In this document: positions 59,551-64,000 of the stretch, in pieces
How the letters are laid out: each line of letters opens with the position of its first letter
How positions within the stretch are numbered: the stretch's first letter is position 1
Source: Methanofastidiosum sp.
Lineage (GTDB): Archaea; Methanobacteriota_B; Thermococci; Methanofastidiosales; Methanofastidiosaceae
Assembly: GCA_039679445.1 (NCBI GenBank)
Contig: JBDKUY010000071.1
Span: forward strand, 324-64,323
DNA length: 64,000 nt
Direction: 5' to 3'
The notes under the pieces: model-generated
The model's input: only the letters and a program-made list of their open reading frames with translations
The model's database searches: none
Told to the model about the DNA's origin: nothing
Position numbers and translations under genes: made by a program

Positions 59551-60093
59551 CTATATCTTTTTAGAATAGAGATCTTCTTTTAGGAAGGGTATAAGTGCAA
59601 GTTTAAGTGCAGAAACGTAAAGGTCCTTTCTCTCAACGACGCCATCTGTTAGAAATCCAACGGCCCCGCCTTTTCTTTTGATTTGAGCGTCACCTGTTAC
59701 ATCTGCCATTACATCTCCAAGCTCAACGCCTTCAAGAACTTTTTCGATAGCATCGTTCCATAGTTCAAACATAGGAGATGTCCCAAATCCTATATTTCCC
59801 TTGTTGCCCATTATACATGCTACCCCGATGCCAAACCACTTTGAATAAATATTAATTACTCCTCCTTCGATTCCGACGAAAAAAGATGCGCCAATTTTTG
59901 CCTTATCATCTAATTTTTTTAAGACTTTAGCACGGTGCTCTGCGCCTTCAAATGTTTCATCATCTGCAGGTTGGTCAGGTACTGAACTGCCTACTTCTAT
60001 CCCTTCTACTTCGATATCATTAAAATAAGAAGAAAATGCTTCCTTTGCAGCATCTGTCTTCACCGGATTCTTAGAGCCTACTAGGACCTTCAT
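59551..60093 (-). CDS. Inosine/xanthosine triphosphatase (YjjX/NCPP family)
   Basis: MKVLVGSKNPVKTDAAKEAF... matches the YjjX N-terminus (VGSxNPxK). Start placed at the internal Met. Confidence 0.65.
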   Translation of the reverse strand: MKVLVGSKNPVKTDAAKEAFSSYFNDIEVEGIEVGSSVPDQPADDETFEGAEHRAKVLKKLDDKAKIGASFFVGIEGGVINIYSKWFGIGVACIMGNKGNIGFGTSPMFELWNDAIEKVLEGVELGDVMADVTGDAQIKRKGGAVGFLTDGVVERKDLYVSALKLALIPFLKEDLYSKKI

Positions 60094-60244
60094 TATCAAG
60101 AATATATTCAAATTACTTATATATTTTCTGGAAAACATAGGATTATTCTCACGAAACCTTTAAAAACTCCTTAGAACTCATTTGTCTATCTTATGGAATG
60201 TGGATTCAAGCGAAATGCTTGCCGAACCATAAGGAGGGATTTAT

Positions 60245-60829
60245 TTGGGATATTACAAATATATGGAAGAGGCTTGGAAAAAGCCCAAAGAAGGTTATAC
60301 ACGAGAACTTTGGACAGAAAGATTGATCCAGTGGAGAAAGGAGCCTACAACAATAAAGATTGAAAGACCAACAAGAATAGACCGAGCGAGAAAACTTGGT
60401 TACAAGGCTAAAAAAGGATTTATTGTTGCAAGAACTAGAGTCTTAAGGGGTGGAAGAAAGAGACCAACCATAAAAGGTGGTAGAAGGCCTGCAACAAAAG
60501 GTATCTTGAGATATTCACCAAAAAAGAGTCTTAAATGGATTGCAGAAGAGCGTGTTCAAAGGAAGTTTCCAAATCTTGAAGTCTTAAACTCATACTGGGT
60601 TGGCGAAGATGGACAGCGTGTCTTTTATGAAGTCATTCTAGTTGATCCTTTTGCACCAGAAATATTCGCAGACCCAAGAATTAACTGGATATGCGAAAGA
60701 CAGCACAAGAGAAGAGTATTCAGAGGTTTGACCTCAGCCGGCAAGAGATCGAGAGGCCTTAGACACAAAGGAAAAGGTGCTGAGAAATTAAGACCTTCAC
60801 TTAAAGCCCGAGGAAACAGAGGTAAGTAA
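60245..60829 (+). CDS. rpl15e: 50S ribosomal protein L15e
   Basis: N-terminal [13 protein letters not shown] and a strongly basic 194-aa body typical of L15e. Confidence 0.9.
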   Translation: MGYYKYMEEAWKKPKEGYTRELWTERLIQWRKEPTTIKIERPTRIDRARKLGYKAKKGFIVARTRVLRGGRKRPTIKGGRRPATKGILRYSPKKSLKWIAEERVQRKFPNLEVLNSYWVGEDGQRVFYEVILVDPFAPEIFADPRINWICERQHKRRVFRGLTSAGKRSRGLRHKGKGAEKLRPSLKARGNRGK

Positions 60830-60831
60830 GG

Positions 60832-61260
60832 TTGAATCCGTTTGGTATCGCATGGATACAAATAGAAACATTTTCGCATGCAACTGAAGATATAGAGAAA
60901 GTAAAATCTTTACTTTCTAAATTTTTTTCTTTTGATATTACTTTTAATGAAAATAAAACATACGGCCATTTTGGCAATGAAATCACAATAATTAATGTTG
61001 AGCTTTCTAAAAACAAAGAGATAAAGGATTTCATTTCAAATTTTTTAACAATAGTTGACAAAAATTACATCCTTGAAACTCTAGAAAAAAGGCTTGATGA
61101 AGACGGGGTATTGTTCGTCCGGATGGGCAAGGAAAGAGTATTTAACGATGATTTCACTATTGATGATAACGGTGACATACTGTTATCCATGAAGTTTGTC
61201 ACATATCCAAAAAGTAGGGAAAAGGTTATCAAGAATGGGAAGCTACTATTCAGCAATTGA
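60832..61260 (+). CDS. Conserved archaeal small protein between rpl15e and rnp3 (possibly DUF54/UPF0201-like RNA-binding)
   Basis: 142 aa. Its position in the conserved L15e-RNase P neighbourhood. Family assignment uncertain. Confidence 0.35.
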   Translation: MNPFGIAWIQIETFSHATEDIEKVKSLLSKFFSFDITFNENKTYGHFGNEITIINVELSKNKEIKDFISNFLTIVDKNYILETLEKRLDEDGVLFVRMGKERVFNDDFTIDDNGDILLSMKFVTYPKSREKVIKNGKLLFSN

Positions 61261-61834
61261 TCTTAGAGGTTATCCTTCATCTTATTTTTCAAAAACAGCA
61301 TTAGTTAAACATGTTAATGCAGAAAACTATAAGGTTGTTTTAGATAGCTTTGACAAAAATAAAACAGAGGACATTCTTTTTGGCATTGAAATTGACGATG
61401 AATCCAGAAACGCTAAGAGAATTATTAGAAGAGCAGAAGGCATGGATGTAATAATTTTCAAAGGCAGGGATTCAAAAGAGAATAGAGATGCCCTCAAAAT
61501 AAAAGAAATCACTTTTATTTCTAACCCAGATAATCTTGACAAAGTCTGTTTTGAACTGGCCAGGGAAAATTCAATTGGTTTTGAATTAAATATCCAAGAT
61601 ATTTTTAACACCCAGAGATATAGAAGGACAAAGATGCTAGAAACTAATAGAGAGCTACTTAAGGCTTATAGAAAGTTTTTATTTCCAATAGTTTTAACTT
61701 CTGGTGCTAGAGATGCAAACGAGATCAAAACACCTTTGACCCTTATATCCTTTGGATGTATACTAGGTATGGACATAAGGGAAGCCAAGGGTGCGATTAC
61801 AACTGTTCCTGAGATGCTAATCAATAAAAAATAA
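61235..61834 (+). CDS. rnp3: Ribonuclease P protein component 3 (Rpp30)
   Basis: The C-terminus (FLFPIVLTSGARDANEIKTPLTLISFGCILGMDIREAKGAITTVPEMLI) matches archaeal Rpp30 (FLTSSA...DLISLGVVIGMEIPQAK...YPEI). Start set at MGSYYSAIDLRG. Confidence 0.8.
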   Translation: MGSYYSAIDLRGYPSSYFSKTALVKHVNAENYKVVLDSFDKNKTEDILFGIEIDDESRNAKRIIRRAEGMDVIIFKGRDSKENRDALKIKEITFISNPDNLDKVCFELARENSIGFELNIQDIFNTQRYRRTKMLETNRELLKAYRKFLFPIVLTSGARDANEIKTPLTLISFGCILGMDIREAKGAITTVPEMLINKK

Positions 61835-61835
61835 A

Positions 61836-62960
61836 TTAATACTTGATTGTGAAGAAATCATTGTTTGTTCCATTGAAGACATAACCGGTGACTATTATTT
61901 TATTGTTTTGATCAATTGCCACGTCAAGCGAAAAGTCATCTTTTCCACTGTTATACGACTTCTCCCATAAAATATTGCCACGCGGATCATACTTAATTGT
62001 ATAAAAATTCTTGTCTTGATCCTTAGTTATATACCCTGTCACTATTATGTTGCCTGTTGAATCAGTTGCTAGACCCAATGCATAGTCATCTTTGCCGCTG
62101 TCGTAAGTTTTTGTCCATATGATGTTCCCATTTGGATCATATTTTACCATTAAGAAATCCACATTGTTACCATTGAGAGTTTCTCCTGCAACAATTATGT
62201 TGTCATTCGAATCTGTTGCTACTTCATAGGACTTATCAGTATTTCCCCCATCGTATGTTTTCTTCCATAAAAATTTTCCACTACTATCATATTTTATGGT
62301 GCAGAAATCATAATCTGACCCACTGGAGGAATACCCGGTAACAATTATGTTGTCATTTGAGTCAGTTGCGACATCAAATGCATATTCCTTATTCCCGCCA
62401 TCATATGATTTTCCCCATAAAATATTGCCGTCTGGGCCATATTTTATAGTATGAAAATTAACGTCAACTCCTGGATATACCTCCCCCGTAATGATAATAT
62501 TATCTTTAGAATCAGTTGCCAGGCCTTGTGCATTTTCATTATGCCCAGCATCATGAGATTTAGTCCAGATTATATTGCCATTTATGTCATACTTTATTGT
62601 GAAGTAATCATTATTAACTCCGTTATTCACAAAACCGGTAACTATGACATTATTTCCAGAATCAGTAACAGCTGCTAATGAATAGTCATTGTTGCCTCCA
62701 TCGTATAATTTTTCCCATAAAACGTTGCCATCAGGATTGTATTTAATTGTATAAATGTCATTGTCATTACCATTTGAGATATATCCTGTTACTATGGTAT
62801 TGTTACTTGCGTCTGCCGCAACACCTAAAGCAAAATCATCCTTGCCACTGTCGTAAGTTTTTGACCAGATATATTTTTCATCTGATAAACATCCACTAAA
62901 AACAGATACTATAAAAATCACAATTATTAGTGATAAGATCATTTTTCTCGTTGTAATCAC
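61836..62960 (-). CDS. Secreted SBBP-type beta-propeller repeat protein, probable archaeal lipoprotein
   Basis: Signal peptide ending in the lipobox-like FSGC. About eight ~47-aa repeats of the form D.A.GVA.D..NN.IVTGY..NG.N.D..TIKYD..GN.LW.K.YD.G. Confidence 0.6.
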   Translation of the reverse strand: MITTRKMILSLIIVIFIVSVFSGCLSDEKYIWSKTYDSGKDDFALGVAADASNNTIVTGYISNGNDNDIYTIKYNPDGNVLWEKLYDGGNNDYSLAAVTDSGNNVIVTGFVNNGVNNDYFTIKYDINGNIIWTKSHDAGHNENAQGLATDSKDNIIITGEVYPGVDVNFHTIKYGPDGNILWGKSYDGGNKEYAFDVATDSNDNIIVTGYSSSGSDYDFCTIKYDSSGKFLWKKTYDGGNTDKSYEVATDSNDNIIVAGETLNGNNVDFLMVKYDPNGNIIWTKTYDSGKDDYALGLATDSTGNIIVTGYITKDQDKNFYTIKYDPRGNILWEKSYNSGKDDFSLDVAIDQNNKIIVTGYVFNGTNNDFFTIKY

Positions 62961-63014
62961 CTATCAAATATTCTAAACAAGACTAATCTAGCCAATATAT
63001 AAATATATGGAAAA

Positions 63015-63989
63015 TTAAAAATAAGCTCTAATATAACTTGCGATAGTCCTTGGATTTTTTAGGGCAAACAAGAAGACTTCAGGGATTTTGCGGATAATAA
63101 TTCCTGTGCCACGTGTACACCCATAGAAACAAGGAGTTTCCATATAACATTTTTTTACTTTTGAATAATCCAATTCTTTTAGGGCTTGCTTTACCCCCAT
63201 TTCTTTTAGATTTGCAGATGATTTAAATTCGAGGCATGGGGCTATTTCTCCTTTTTCAGTTAATATTATAGATCTCTTCATGGCATCACAAGGTACACAA
63301 TAATTGCCTTCAAGATATTTAATTGACTCATCATATATGAGCTTATCAAATATCAATCCTTCTTTTTGAGATAATAAACTCAATTTTTTAAATGCGTCAA
63401 TAATTATTGTTGGGTTATCGTCATAACTCATCTCTTCGTCATATGCACTAGAATGGCAGTGAGAATAATTATAAGGGTAAGCGTTGAACTTAAATCCATT
63501 GTTTCCTGCAAAATTAAATAGGTCCATAACTTCGTCATGATTAATTTTACTTATTGTTGAAATTATGTGCCACATTCCTTTTTTATCTTTTATTTTACTA
63601 CAATACTCTATATTATGTAGTAAAATAGGAAGTTTGTCAACACCCCTAATTTTCATATACTTTTTTTGATCTAAGGAATCAAGACTGATACTCACATTGC
63701 ACTTGAGTCCTGCAATTTTATTGGCAATTTTTTCATCTAAGAGCAAGCCATTTGTTATCAAAGTTGGGTTGAATTCTAGACCAATTAGTAACTCAATAAT
63801 TTCCATTATATCTTTTCTAAGTAAAGGCTCGCCACCCTGCAAAAAAACATGCTTTACGCCATAAGATTTTAAATCCTTGAATATATTCTCAATCTCTTCA
63901 AGAGTAAGCTCGTCTTTTATTTTGGAAGGAGTTTTCCATATGCTACACATTGGACATATGGAATTACATCTTCTTGTAAGATTAAACAC
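63015..63989 (-). CDS. Radical SAM enzyme with C-terminal SPASM domain (peptide/protein-modifying maturase type)
   Basis: CNSICPMC (CX3CX2C) at the N-terminus. A GGEP-like motif (FLQGGEPLL). SPASM cysteines CVPCDAMK...GEIAPC and CYMETPCFYGCTRG. Confidence 0.75.
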   Translation of the reverse strand: MFNLTRRCNSICPMCSIWKTPSKIKDELTLEEIENIFKDLKSYGVKHVFLQGGEPLLRKDIMEIIELLIGLEFNPTLITNGLLLDEKIANKIAGLKCNVSISLDSLDQKKYMKIRGVDKLPILLHNIEYCSKIKDKKGMWHIISTISKINHDEVMDLFNFAGNNGFKFNAYPYNYSHCHSSAYDEEMSYDDNPTIIIDAFKKLSLLSQKEGLIFDKLIYDESIKYLEGNYCVPCDAMKRSIILTEKGEIAPCLEFKSSANLKEMGVKQALKELDYSKVKKCYMETPCFYGCTRGTGIIIRKIPEVFLFALKNPRTIASYIRAYF

Positions 63990-64000
63990 AACTAAAAATG

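Noticed and set aside
1-64000. CRISPR arrays, transposases/IS elements, integrases, prophage genes
   Set aside because: I scanned both strands for regularly spaced direct repeats and for DDE/tyrosine-recombinase-like ORFs and found none. The only internal repetition is protein-level: the DUF11, SBBP and TPR repeats.

Overview
This window reads as an AT-rich (roughly 30% GC by eye) archaeal chromosome segment, most likely from a methanogen-type euryarchaeon. The strongest signal is a tetrapyrrole supercluster in which sirC-hemA-hemB lies upstream of a five-gene coenzyme F430 biosynthesis operon, arranged cfbA-cfbE-cfbD-cfbC-cfbB with overlapping start/stop codons. Further evidence for a methyl-reducing methanogen lifestyle is a RamA-like corrinoid reductive activase (ASKHA domain plus a 2x[4Fe-4S] C-terminus) and a GlcD-like FAD oxidase paired with an HdrD/GlcF-like CCG-domain Fe-S protein. 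Archaeal housekeeping genes are present: SRP54, fibrillarin, Gar1, Rpp30, L15e, Top6A/B, ValRS, TruA, UvrC, and tRNA-Tyr (C1:G72) and tRNA-Gln. Most of the rest is accessory-looking material. A 2114-aa secreted DUF11-repeat protein has an odd Cys-rich C-terminal domain with no transmembrane segment. A putative three-gene operon pairs the RamA-like gene with a roughly 700-aa protein ending in a WYL domain and a short PLP-fold-like protein. A radical-SAM/SPASM maturase sits next to a secreted SBBP beta-propeller lipoprotein. A radical-SAM-like protein with a non-canonical CX4CX2C motif lies beside an HTH regulator. An unannotated 36-codon membrane ORF is translationally coupled to a sodium:solute symporter. 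Three genes appear disrupted: a YdjM-like gene and a TfoX_C-like gene by frameshifts, and an ASCH gene by an in-frame TAG. No CRISPR array, transposase or integrase was seen. All calls rest on motif and fold recognition by eye; no database search was possible.
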